Of a stretch of 64,000 nucleotides of DNA, positions 47,242 to 57,953 are shown in pieces (the first letter of the stretch is position 1; every line of letters starts with the position of its first letter). Both the position numbers and the translations under genes were made by a program. The notes under the pieces were generated by a model. The model saw only the letters and a program-made list of their open reading frames with translations, searched no databases and was not told where the DNA came from. Source of the DNA: an uncultured Nitrososphaeraceae archaeon (lineage in GTDB: Archaea; Thermoproteota; Nitrososphaeria; Nitrososphaerales; Nitrososphaeraceae); the NCBI GenBank assembly GCA_963825865.1, contig CAWGVG010000003.1, positions 32,001 to 96,000 on the forward strand, read 5' to 3'.

Positions 47242-47769
47242 TGTACTTCTATATAACTAAGTTATAAATTTAAATATATATTATTATTTTTATAAATATA
47301 TTACTGCTTTCTGACTAAAATTCTCGATGAATATTTTATTGTATCAAGACAAGAATAAAATAAAACTAAGCATATAGTTACCTCAGTAAAAGAAAGACTG
47401 CATTTCCTTCTTGTATACATAATTTAAAATTGGATTTCTCCTAAAGAGATGTTTTACAGACTAAAAGAAATACAAGTATTATTGTATGTATTGACAGGAT
47501 TCTTTACTCTCGGATTTTTGTTATTACTTATATCATATCCTATTTCTGGGAGGTATTTCAAGGTTAATTTATATACTAATTCATCATCTTATTCCAGGTT
47601 TGGAAGAATAATATCAAATCAGCCAGTATCAGCAGGATGGCAACGTAATTCAGTGTGTGAAAGATATTATTAATCGGATTGTAGATAGTTGGTGAAGTCC
47701 TTCGACTATTGCGAAGTAGAAAAAAGAACTTTTTGTTTTTCTTAAAGGCATGTTTATTCCACTCGTTTG

Positions 47770-48926
47770 CTATTTACCAATGGCAACAAATTCGGCTATG
47801 CTAGGTTGTTCTGATACACTGCTAGTAAGTTCTGCACTGCTAGTAAGTCCAGAAACCAAGTTTCCCAGGTTTGTGAGTCTGAGATATCTCGTTGTATATG
47901 GCATTTCTGGGAATACGAACAAAGATCCACCGGTTTTTATTGGACTACTTTGAGCGGTTCCTAGATCGTTAAAGTGTACTCCATCTGAAGATGCCTGTAT
48001 TGTGAAAAAGTTCACATTATTCTCTGCATTGTTAAATGCAAGACCGATATTACACACTACTTTATTTGTCCCGAGGTCTAACTGAAGCCAGGGATTTTCG
48101 TTAATTGAAGTTGCTTCTTTGTGAGGTAACCCCTGTATAAAGGACATCACATCAATTCCTTTTACTGACCACATCGTGTTCATTCTATTGTCTAAAACAC
48201 TTCCTGGTACGTTTAGTTTATTAACAGGTACCTAGATGAGACTCCATCTATGCGAAGCCTAACTTGTTTATCGCAACCTTGACTAACATCAGTTGATTGC
48301 CCAATATTGCTAATGTTATCTTCTTTTGTTGTCGCAAACTGTCTTTGTTTACCGGCTGATAGTTGATTATCTATGTTTGTACCTTTGACATTAACTAAAA
48401 GAGTATAGGTAGTGTACTCATTGTCTGGAAAAAATGCATGTACCTCTAAGTTTAATGTTCCTTTTATTCCTTCAACTTTAAATGAATTTAAGCTTACCTT
48501 CTTGAGTAAATTTAGTGTAGGTACGTCTCCATCATAATCAGACATGTATGCATCCACTCGTATTGGTTGTTTGCTAAACTGAAAACTTACTAAATCACCA
48601 TTTTTTAATTCCACATTAGTGTTACTGCTCACTTCATCGCCTGGAAGGCCTGGAAATGAGATTTTATTTAATTGCCCACCATTTATAAAAACAAAAGGAG
48701 ACATATCATAGCGATTATTATTATAGATTAATTTAACTTGGGGTATATCTGAATGAGTTGAGGGAGTTGCTTGATCTACTCTTTGAGCCAAAGCTGAAAT
48801 AGCCATATGACCAAATAAAAGTAAGGTAACTAGCGATGACACAAAAATAATGAACATATATTGTTTATTCAAGATCGCATGATCTGCGATCCCTTTTGTG
48901 ACACTTGTTTTTATCATTGTAACCAC
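47770..48926 (-). CDS. Secreted protein with a C-terminal F5/8 type C domain (frameshift near 48225)
   Basis: Signal peptide; WLQLDLG..VCNIGLAF..FTIQASSDG..TRYLRL. Confidence 0.75.
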
Positions 48927-49657
48927 CTTTATGTCTTTAAATAAATGCTCTAGTATTTACGCAATATTCAATAAACTAACAAAATAATATTACTATAAAC
49001 TAATGAAACAGATTGGTTGGTTAGAGTAATATTACATATCAACTCGGTACTTTATGTTCACAACCGTTGCAATCATGTTAAAGAATTGGAACAGTGAACC
49101 TTGCAAAGATTTAGGTCGAATATTATTTATATTTATATGGAGAAAGAATTAGGATATAAAATTTCATTTGTGTATGTGCATTTTATGATGGCAAGTGGAT
49201 ACAACATTTAAGTAAACATTTTGTCTTCATTGACTATATATATATAATCTATATATTTATAATAACTAGCTATGACTAGTATTGGTCCCAATTAAAATAA
49301 AATTAAATTTAGATAACTTCCCTATAACTCATAAAGTGCAGAAGAGTTTGTCTTAATAGCAAAATTAAGCTCGGCAGCAGCTGATGCTGATGCTGATACC
49401 ATTGCTTCATAATGATTTCTATCATCCTTGGCTCTAGTTATTTCACCTAAAAGATCTTCCCTAATATTCCATAGAACATCTTCTGAAATTCTATAATAAA
49501 CTCTACGTATTTCTTCGAGATATATATTTTATCAATAATTAACTTGTCGATGATCCGAGCAAAGCCAATAAAAATTTTTTATCTTTACACTAGTATATGG
49601 TCAATATTCAGTAATTTATCGAAAACTTTAATAATAATAATATAAAAATATATATAC

Positions 49658-50254
49658 GTGAATTCTAAAGTAATATCAACAACACTATTACTGACGGTTT
49701 CTTCAATGATACTGTTTGCTCCTACTGTTTTTGCAAATATTTCATACGCACAATTACTACAGCCAACAAGACCATCACAATCAAGTCCACAAACACCGTC
49801 ACCAGCAGTGCCATCCTCATCATCATCAACAACAACAACAACAACAACATTACCTGATGAGGCTATAACAATAACATCACCCCAAGACGGTCAAAAAATA
49901 CCCATTGGACAAGATCTTGAAGTAACAGGTACGTCCATAGCCAACGCTGTTTCTGATTGCAAAATCACTGTTAATTTAAATCGTATAAAACCATATCAAC
50001 CAGCAGTGGCAGATGGACCTGGTGGAGCCAATGATTACTCACAGTGGAGTTTTACAATCACTTCCCAATATGCTCCAATTCAAGAAGGACAAAACAGGGT
50101 AGCTGCAAAAATCGGTTGTGGCAGTGACCCTAACTCAAACTCTACAAAACAATTTGCCCATGTAAATGTCACAGGGGTAGCAGGCGGAACTAGTGGAAAT
50201 ATTGGAAATACCGCGCCCGAGTCGAATTTTGGGATTCCAGGAATACCATCGTAA
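49658..50254 (+). CDS. Secreted Ig-like domain protein with a Ser/Thr/Pro linker
   Basis: Signal peptide, poly-S/T, ITITSPQDGQKIP..VTGTS..GPGGANDYSQWSF..EGQNRVAAK. Confidence 0.8.
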   Translation: MNSKVISTTLLLTVSSMILFAPTVFANISYAQLLQPTRPSQSSPQTPSPAVPSSSSSTTTTTTTLPDEAITITSPQDGQKIPIGQDLEVTGTSIANAVSDCKITVNLNRIKPYQPAVADGPGGANDYSQWSFTITSQYAPIQEGQNRVAAKIGCGSDPNSNSTKQFAHVNVTGVAGGTSGNIGNTAPESNFGIPGIPS

Positions 50255-50322
50255 TATGAGTATATAATATCTAGAGGTAGACTACTGCTATGATTGCTAT
50301 GATTGCATAGTCGCAGTAGATA

Positions 50323-50919
50323 TTATTTATGCTTTATGCATAAACAATCGTACAATTGTTTAAGAATTCTGGCAGTAGCTCCCCATATTACTTCATTTTC
50401 ACATGTAAATTTGTATACCTCCTTAACTGATAGAGCATAATGGTCAATATCTGGAGCCATAGTTTCTAACACATCCATAAGGGGTACATCAATGACCTTT
50501 TCTATTTCATCGACATATATTTTTGGCACAGAGATCCGGTCTTGCAAAGTAACAAATGGCATTATAATAAACTTTGAAGTCAAAGTCCTAACCCTTGCAA
50601 GCCTTCCGATGATATCTCCTCGCATGATATCAATTCCTATTTCCTCTTTTGTTTCTCGAATCGCGGTTTCAATCAAGGATTTATCTTCTTTGACATATTT
50701 TCCGCCAGGAAAGGATATCTCGCTAGCATGACATCTTAAGTTCGAGCTTTTCTTAGTTAAAATTATATGCGGAATTATTTGATTATAATGAATTATTACC
50801 AGTACGGATGCTGCACGAAAAATAGAAAAATCTGAAGAAAATATCGTTGGCTGAATCAATAAAGGTGCAAGGCGTAATAACATATCTTTCTTACTTAACA
50901 TTTTATATTGTACAATCAT
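50323..50919 (-). CDS. Nudix hydrolase, CoA pyrophosphatase type
   Basis: LRCHASEISFPGG (NuCoA motif), AIRETKEEIG, IWGATARIL. Confidence 0.9.
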   Translation of the reverse strand: MIVQYKMLSKKDMLLRLAPLLIQPTIFSSDFSIFRAASVLVIIHYNQIIPHIILTKKSSNLRCHASEISFPGGKYVKEDKSLIETAIRETKEEIGIDIMRGDIIGRLARVRTLTSKFIIMPFVTLQDRISVPKIYVDEIEKVIDVPLMDVLETMAPDIDHYALSVKEVYKFTCENEVIWGATARILKQLYDCLCIKHK

Positions 50920-51185
50920 TATATTGATTAAAGTTTATGCGTTTTAAGTTGAAGTGTATGAATTATTGATTGATATTCCTAATACCATACCATCGAATAG
51001 AAATATAGTTTCATCATTACAATATGGGGGAAACGTTAAAACTATTGAAATCCAAAAATATATCATCATTGGTTTGATTTCTTTGCAACAGAATCTCCAG
51101 AAGTGGAGGATCTATTAATCACCACTATCAATAAACCTCGGGTTTAATAAGGTCAAAAACGAATCAGAATGTCACAGCCATAATA

Positions 51186-51950
51186 ATGAAAATATCTTTC
51201 GAATTAAATCCCCCTAAAATTGCAAAAGGAAATTATTTTGACCTTTTATGTCTAATTCAAGAAATGGAAAATCTGGTGAAGCGAGCTTCTTTATTAACTG
51301 AACTTGTTGACGGAATCCATCTAACAGATTCTGTTCTTGGAATTCCTCGTATCTCTAGTGTTACCGCAGCCAGCCATGTAAAAAAATCAGGTAATACATT
51401 AAATCTCAGCTGTAGCATTAGGGTAAGAGATAGAAATTTTACGTCGATTTGTCAGATCGTTGGAGATGCAATTCTTGTTGGAATAGATAGTTTGCTGATT
51501 TTAATAGGAGATGAGCCGTCAGACGGTCCAAAAAAAGATTTAGGATTGAAACCCAGCAATGTTTTGAATATGTTAAAAAATAAAAATTACGATAAAGTAA
51601 TTGATTTGAATTTGTCAGCCCCTAATAAAATTAAAAACAAGTCCTCAATTCAGAAAAAAATAGATGCACGACCCTATGCTTTTGTAACACAATCTATTGT
51701 CTCTTTGTCTGATCTGGGCGAAATTGTAGATATTGCAAAACCCTATGAAATCAAAGTGGTAGCATGTATCATGGCACCTTCCGAAAAAAATAAGTCGTCA
51801 GCAGATATCATAGGACTAGAATGGAAGGAATATGAAAATAACCCTATTGACTTTATAAAACAGGCAGGTAAAGTAGCAAACGAAATACTTCTTACTTCAC
51901 CAAATAGTTTTAGAACAGGACTAGAATTGCTCAGAGAGATCAGAAAATGA
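51186..51950 (+). CDS. Methylenetetrahydrofolate reductase-like protein
   Basis: ISFELNPPK, IHLTDS, RVRDRN, LILIGD, FVTQ. Confidence 0.75.
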   Translation: MKISFELNPPKIAKGNYFDLLCLIQEMENLVKRASLLTELVDGIHLTDSVLGIPRISSVTAASHVKKSGNTLNLSCSIRVRDRNFTSICQIVGDAILVGIDSLLILIGDEPSDGPKKDLGLKPSNVLNMLKNKNYDKVIDLNLSAPNKIKNKSSIQKKIDARPYAFVTQSIVSLSDLGEIVDIAKPYEIKVVACIMAPSEKNKSSADIIGLEWKEYENNPIDFIKQAGKVANEILLTSPNSFRTGLELLREIRK

Positions 51951-51961
51951 CTAAGACGAAA

Positions 51962-52753
51962 TTAAACTCTTTCTTCCGTTTTTCGAGCAGAGATTATTTC
52001 GGTTTTAAGTTCATCCAAAACCTTTCTCTGATATTCATGCAAATTGCTATCTTCACTCAGTCTTGGTCTTCTGTAATCAACTTCGATTTCTTTTTTAACT
52101 TTACCCGGTCTACTTGTAAATACTACGATTTTGTCTCCAAGACATACCGATTCTATTATATTATGGGTAACGAAGACAATAGTCTTTCTGGTTCTAGCCC
52201 AAATTAGCTGTAATTCTACTACAAGCAAATCCCTCGTTTGAGAATCCAATGCAGCGAAAGGCTCATCCATCAATAATACTTCTGGGTCCATTACAAGAGC
52301 TCTAGCAATTGCAACTCTCTGCTTCATTCCTCCTGATAATTGGTACGTAAAGGCTTGGGCAAATTTTGTCAATTCCATCATGTCAAGGTAATGCATAGCT
52401 ATTTCGCGCCTTTTTCTTCCTTCTATCCCAACCATTTTCAAACCAAATTCTACATTATCAATAACTTTGAGCCAGGGAAATAACGCATTTTCTTGAAATA
52501 CCATAATTCTATCAGGTCCTGTTTCTTTTACGGGTTGACCATTTAGAATTACCTCGCCTTCTGTAGGCTTATCTAATCCTGCCAAGATGTTAAGCAGTGT
52601 AGATTTTCCACATCCAGAAGGTCCAACGAGACATACGAACTCACCTTCTTCAATCGAAAGATTTACATTTTCAATTGCTGTAATAAGATTTGTACCAGCC
52701 ATCACTGTTGCTTTAAACCGTTTTGTAACATTTTTAACTTCAAGTTTGGTCAA
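51962..52753 (-). CDS. ABC transporter ATP-binding protein (nitrate/sulfonate TauB/SsuB type)
   Basis: GPSGCGKST, VFQENALFPW, LSGGMKQR, LMDEPFAALD, FVTH. Confidence 0.93.
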   Translation of the reverse strand: MTKLEVKNVTKRFKATVMAGTNLITAIENVNLSIEEGEFVCLVGPSGCGKSTLLNILAGLDKPTEGEVILNGQPVKETGPDRIMVFQENALFPWLKVIDNVEFGLKMVGIEGRKRREIAMHYLDMMELTKFAQAFTYQLSGGMKQRVAIARALVMDPEVLLMDEPFAALDSQTRDLLVVELQLIWARTRKTIVFVTHNIIESVCLGDKIVVFTSRPGKVKKEIEVDYRRPRLSEDSNLHEYQRKVLDELKTEIISARKTEERV

Positions 52754-52976
52754 TTGGTTAGACTCCTAAAGATATTGTTCAGATATAGCATGTAGAATTT
52801 ATCCTTATAGTAAATCTCTTTTGGTCTTTCTGTGGGTTTGTATCCTTGTTCCTTGTGACAATTCGAATCCAACAATAAAATAAATATAATAATAATAATA
52901 ATAAATAATTACTTACTGTTATTAGAGCATCGAAGATACAATCCAGTCCATTTTTATTATTTACATAGAAACTATT

Positions 52977-53276
52977 CTAATGAATGCAATTTGATATTTC
53001 GCCGTAGGATCCAAAAGTTTGCTTCGCTTCTGGAATGTGCTTTTCGATAGCTTTGAAGGCAGAATCTACGAACACTTTTGCAGGTTCTTGCTTTTTGATT
53101 AATTTAAAAAGTTTCTTTGTAGGTGACTTTAATCTTTCAAAATAAATAACTGAACTCTCCTCGATGATCATGTCGGCATCAGAACATGCGACACCATATT
53201 TAAGGAGATTAGCCTCTAACTTGGCTGCAAACCGAGCAAAATGCACTGAGTATGTGTCATCATCATATTGAGTCAT
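52977..53276 (-). CDS. Hypothetical protein
   Basis: 99-aa ORF with ATG start. Confidence 0.65.
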   Translation of the reverse strand: MTQYDDDTYSVHFARFAAKLEANLLKYGVACSDADMIIEESSVIYFERLKSPTKKLFKLIKKQEPAKVFVDSAFKAIEKHIPEAKQTFGSYGEISNCIH

Positions 53277-53618
53277 TATTACTAACCATCACTCAAACGA
53301 TATCTAAGATATAGGGTTACCTACTTTTTAATTTTGTAGGGAATTGTAACCTCATTCGTGAGTCACATTCTCAAATAATTTCATAACATTTCATTGACAC
53401 CTAAGCACAGCAATCCTTCCCGCCGGTACGCCCAAAAGTATGCACATAATTATATATCCTCACTCCTTTGACATATAGAATTCTTATTAGCAGTATGTAA
53501 CTATAGCAAAGGTCACTATGAATTCAATTGAAAAGCAATTTTTCGTAATTAAATGTCAAGAGATCCACTTAAAAGGATTTGTAGCTGAATGTTTCATAAA
53601 AATACTAAATACTAATAA

Positions 53619-53900
53619 TTATTTTTTATAATAATACCTGGTACCAAATCTAATTATGAATACTCCTATGGCAATTGCAAGAAGAGCAATTACTAAAAAG
53701 GTTGGTTTAATTATAAATTTTAGAGGCTCAGGGGCTGTTGAAGAAAATTCGCATTTTTCTCCAGTTCTTTGACATTCCTTTAGAACAGGAAACAGAAGCA
53801 AAACCATCGCGAATATGATTAATAGTCCAATTCCTATCGATGAAAAAATAGCCCCTGACTTGACTAGTATCTGTGGCTCCAATTTGAATATAAATGCGGT
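53619..53900 (-). CDS. Small two-TM membrane protein (start uncertain)
   Basis: The 3' part of ORF 53619..54068 has two TM helices flanking C-x6-C; its 5' part overlaps the upstream gene. Confidence 0.55.
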   Translation of the reverse strand, partial: TAFIFKLEPQILVKSGAIFSSIGIGLLIIFAMVLLLFPVLKECQRTGEKCEFSSTAPEPLKFIIKPTFLVIALLAIAIGVFIIRFGTRYYYKK

Positions 53901-53925
53901 ATAGGGACTGATATTTGTTTTCGGA

Positions 53926-54537
53926 TCATAATGGCGTAAGTTGGCTAATATCCACAGTTGTAAAACGGTAGGGACACTCCTGGGATACCCTAGTAAATCG
54001 TTCATTATAGTATGCATAAGGCAAATTCTTGTAGACGTGACGATCCCACAACTCATGAACTGCGTCAAAATATTCCTTTCTCTTTTTTCCCTTCATTCTC
54101 AGAGCTTCATGTGATAACAAATGCGAAACATTCGCGCAATTTGTATCCGCAAAGAATTTGGTACGTTGGTTATCTGAAGTAAGGGTATTATTATCAGGCC
54201 TTTTCCAATAAACCATTCCGAAGTTCTCAGAAGAATATCCTTCCGTATTACAGTCTGTCCAGAATGGCTTGAAGTATGCTAAATAAAAATGGTAAATTGT
54301 ATTTCCTCTTTTATTATGGTCTCTAGCGAGATAACCTACGGACATCCTATCAAACAATTTCCCAGTAACTACGGGCAAAATGTCAGCATCTACACTAAAC
54401 TGTATATCAAAATAGTGTTTAATCCACCAATGATAAAATCTAGACATTGAATAAACATAATTCCAATCCTCTTTCTGTCTCTGTTGCCATTCTTCGTTTT
54501 TCGCAACATAAATGAAGAAAAGCTTCTTAGTTAGCAA
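53926..54537 (-). CDS. Conserved hypothetical protein, possible metal-binding HxxxHE
   Basis: 203-aa ORF containing WTDC, NCANVSHLLSHEALR and VHELWD. Confidence 0.75.
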   Translation of the reverse strand: MLTKKLFFIYVAKNEEWQQRQKEDWNYVYSMSRFYHWWIKHYFDIQFSVDADILPVVTGKLFDRMSVGYLARDHNKRGNTIYHFYLAYFKPFWTDCNTEGYSSENFGMVYWKRPDNNTLTSDNQRTKFFADTNCANVSHLLSHEALRMKGKKRKEYFDAVHELWDRHVYKNLPYAYYNERFTRVSQECPYRFTTVDISQLTPL

Positions 54538-54779
54538 TCTACTAAAATTTTAACTGCAATATATATAATAAAAACCATCCATTAGGCTCATGTACTGTTG
54601 TAATACCAGATAATCATATATGATGATTCAATAAAGTTCCTATCATGTAACAGTTAAGCCTGCATATAGGCAAAAAAACAATCTTACATAGATCTAATTA
54701 AGTTCCAGAGTTATGACATATTCAGATATCATCGATAAGTTCTTAATTTGGCATCTATAAAATTCGAATGGTGTATTGA

Positions 54780-55181
54780 GTGGGATTCAGAAAAGTAGGA
54801 GCAATAATTCTGTTAACAACCAATATGAAAAAATCTATAAAATTTTATAAGGATACCCTTGGTCTACCTATTAAAACTAAATCTGCAGACTGGACCGAAT
54901 TCTTCAGCGATGGTACAAGTCTAGCTCTGCATCCAGCTAAGAAGAAGTATAAATTAAGAGCTGGACCAAACATGTTAATAGGTTTCATGGTCAACGACCT
55001 TGATGATTTAATTAAACAATTAAAGAGAAAGAAAGTAAAGTTTTTCAAGAAGTCGAAAGAGGAATCTTTCGGTAAACATGCTATTATTGTAGACCCTGAT
55101 GGTCACTTGATCTCAATAGTTCAGCTGAAGGCAAAACCTACAGAAGGCTTTGATCTCTTAGGACTAATTGGAACAGAGTAA
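54780..55181 (+). CDS. VOC/glyoxalase family protein
   Basis: SIKFYKDTLGL, IGFMVNDLD, DPDGHLISI. Confidence 0.9.
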   Translation: MGFRKVGAIILLTTNMKKSIKFYKDTLGLPIKTKSADWTEFFSDGTSLALHPAKKKYKLRAGPNMLIGFMVNDLDDLIKQLKRKKVKFFKKSKEESFGKHAIIVDPDGHLISIVQLKAKPTEGFDLLGLIGTE

Positions 55182-55274
55182 TTTTTATTATATATTTATT
55201 TAGAGTCAGACGATTCACTCCGAACTATTTTTGCTTTAAGTGCTTATTTATCAAGCAATTGTTATATCGGCAAG

Positions 55275-55895
55275 ATGGTGCTAGTCGCTCCAACTGTCGT
55301 ATGCAGAGGAGACGAGGGCACTCCAATATATGTTGGAGACTATTCAAATATTCAAGATGGTGTAATCTTGCACGGTCTTGAGACAACAGAAAATGGTAAG
55401 AACATTGACTGGAGTAGATATTCGGCATCTGGTGAGAAGTTAATGGCAAACAGCTCAGAATTCAGTAAAGGATTCTCTGTGTTTGTTGGTTCTAATACAA
55501 GCCTTGCTCATGATTCAATGGTTCATAGTTCAGCTTGGATTGGAAATAATAATACCTTTTTTGGAATGAAAGCATTGTTTTTAATGCAAAGGATGGTAAT
55601 AATGTAGCCATTGGAATCTCAAGTACTATAGCAAATGGAGTTTCCATTCATGACAACAAGTTTGTACAACCCGGAAATGTAATAACCACTCAAACACAAG
55701 CAGATGCACTACCCTCAAGACAAGGAAGCCCTTATGAAAAGACAAACAAAGCAGTACTTCACGTTAATGAACAATTAGTCTGAAGGATATAGCAAATTAG
55801 ACCTTGGAAAAATAGCCCAAGAAAGACAAAAACAAATGGAAAGAGGAATGCTTGAAATTGGTAGTGGTGGTGGTGGCAGTAGTAGGACCAGATAG
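55275..55895 (+). pseudogene. Gamma-class (Cam-type) carbonic anhydrase, 5'-truncated and frameshifted
   Basis: RGDEGTPIYVG..SNIQDGVILH.LET, SLAH.SMVH; continuation NVAIG..TTQTQADALP..AVLHVNEQL in shifted frames; no N-terminal region upstream. Confidence 0.8.
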
Positions 55896-56124
55896 AGAAG
55901 AATGATATATGACGCATATACTCTGCTTTAAGCGATTACTACCGAGAGCATGTAGCATAAGGGTCTATAACGGTCCCTCGTCAAGTGGCGATCTTCATGT
56001 CAATATATTTTAATATATAGAATTTGTATTAAATATTATAAATTATTAAGGTTTTTTAATTATAAATTCAGTTTGACGACATCATAGGAATAATAAGAGA
56101 TAAAAGTAAAAATATTACATTCGC

Positions 56125-56795
56125 GTGTATGTATATATGAGACGGTCAAAGAATCATAATCATATCTTTATCTTTGGTCTAGCACAAGAATGGAAACTTC
56201 GGTTTAGAGTGATAGCTTTTGGATTGATAGCTGGACTGGTATCATCTATCGGAATAAGCGCATTAATTGTGATGGTAGAAAAAGTAACAGCCATTCCTGC
56301 AGGCGCTTTCTATCTTGTACTTATATCATCTATTACTGAATCCCATTTATATTCAATTTATATGATTATGGCTGGATTGCTATTACATTTTGTAGCAGGG
56401 AGCTTTATCGGTCTTGTTATGGCAATACCTTTTGCTATGTATATTAATAACAATAAAACAGATACTAGTAGAACTATAAGTAAATATGCGCCAATTTATG
56501 GCCTGTGTTTTGGCTTTGCCGTCTGGCTATTTTTATTTGTTCCTATAACCTATTCCACGGTGCTTCCAACACTTAATAATATTAAAGAAGGCCAGGTGAT
56601 AACTAGCAAGATCCAACAGGAAGGATTGTATATTTTGTAATAGGTGATATATTATCTATGCAAAACAATATCATAGTTGGCGCTTTAGCTCTTAACATGT
56701 TTTATGGTCTTGTTGCAGCAATAATAATAAATTCACTTTACACCAATTACTTGTACAAGAAAAGCCGATTCAAAGATACTGTCGGGCAAAGTTGA
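56125..56795 (+). CDS. Multi-pass membrane protein (frameshift near 56605)
   Basis: GLIAGLV, LLLHFVAGSFIG, YGLCFG; tail ALNMFYGLV to stop at 56795. Confidence 0.7.
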
Positions 56796-56939
56796 CGAAG
56801 AGTCTGATTAGTTGTTTGATTCATTTAAAAAGTTGGCTAAAAATGTTGATTATTGGATTGTATCCTTTTCGACATAAGACATAAGTTGATCCAAATCGAT
56901 GCTAATTAAATTCAAATATATAATAATTTTTCCATACTC

Positions 56940-57044
56940 AGCTTTGTAGAAACCATGTGATTATAGTAGGGTTAGTTAATCTAGTGTATTATGCTTCTAG
57001 AAAGCTTTGACGGAATCTATCAGAAGCATGTTTTCTACAAAGCC
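56940..57044. mobile_element. MITE (~105 bp)
   Basis: 17-bp TIRs GCTTTGTAGAAACCATG (56941-56957) / CATGTTTTCTACAAAGC (57027-57043) with 1 mismatch; direct repeat TCCATACTC(A) at 56931 and 57045. Confidence 0.85.
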
Positions 57045-57184
57045 TCCATACTCATAAACTACAATGGATAACATCTATTGAAATTATTATGTTATTGATG
57101 CCTAGAGTTTCCCCCGACTATGCTTCCGGCAGAAGATTAAAATACATTTTGCCAGTAGGCCTAGTTCTGATTGTACCCTATCGT

Positions 57185-57460
57185 TTACCCACTTTGAACT
57201 ACTTTAACCATTTCGTTAATTTTATTCTGTATATCTAAGAAATGCTTTCCTTTTTCTGTTATTACAAAGGAAGGAGAGAACAAATCTTGTTTACTGTTCT
57301 GATCCTCTACAAGTCCAGCTTCAAGTAGAAATGACATGTATTCATTTAACTGAGTGTAAGATAAATAAGCTCCGTACATAATTTTAGTTTTTGTAGATCT
57401 ACCTCCCACTATAGCTTCCAAGATAGATCCAATCAAATCGGTTCTGCTTCGATTTTTCAT
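57185..57460 (-). CDS. Winged-helix DNA-binding protein (paralogue of 44711..44974)
   Basis: MKNRSRTDLI..IL, KTKIMY.A.LSY.QL.EY, ITEKG. Confidence 0.9.
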   Translation of the reverse strand: MKNRSRTDLIGSILEAIVGGRSTKTKIMYGAYLSYTQLNEYMSFLLEAGLVEDQNSKQDLFSPSFVITEKGKHFLDIQNKINEMVKVVQSG

Positions 57461-57953
57461 TATGATTTCTTTGTCTATATAGAAGAAGAAGAGATACGAT
57501 AAAAACTGAACGAATGTTCACTAGTATACATTGTTTTGTATATTATACTTCTAATTTCTTATACTATATCTTTAGAAATCATCCTATATTGATTTATAAC
57601 AGATTAGTTTGGATATCATTGAAAGTATTTCTTTTTCAGGACTCAAAACCCCATACACCTATTCCACCAAGAACATGGCGAAGGAGATAGATAACAGTAA
57701 CAGAAGAATTAAAAATTTTTATACATATTCTCACTTACCGACCATATCGATCGATAATAATTGTTAGTATATTAGGTTATACTGTAACTGGTCGTTATGG
57801 CGGATTGTCCATTTCTATTTCAAACATTGTTTTTATGAAATATTCGTGTAGGTCCGCTTCTTACTACGCCATATAGGCTTTTTAGTCCATGATTTTCAAG
57901 GTCATTGTTAACTTTCATATAATCTGAATGGTTAATATATTGCCAGTAAAATA

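Noticed and set aside
49320-49570. Start-less minus-strand open frame (IYLEEIRRVYYRISEDVLWNIREDLLGE...)
   Set aside because: No start codon or recognisable family; it cannot be supported without a search
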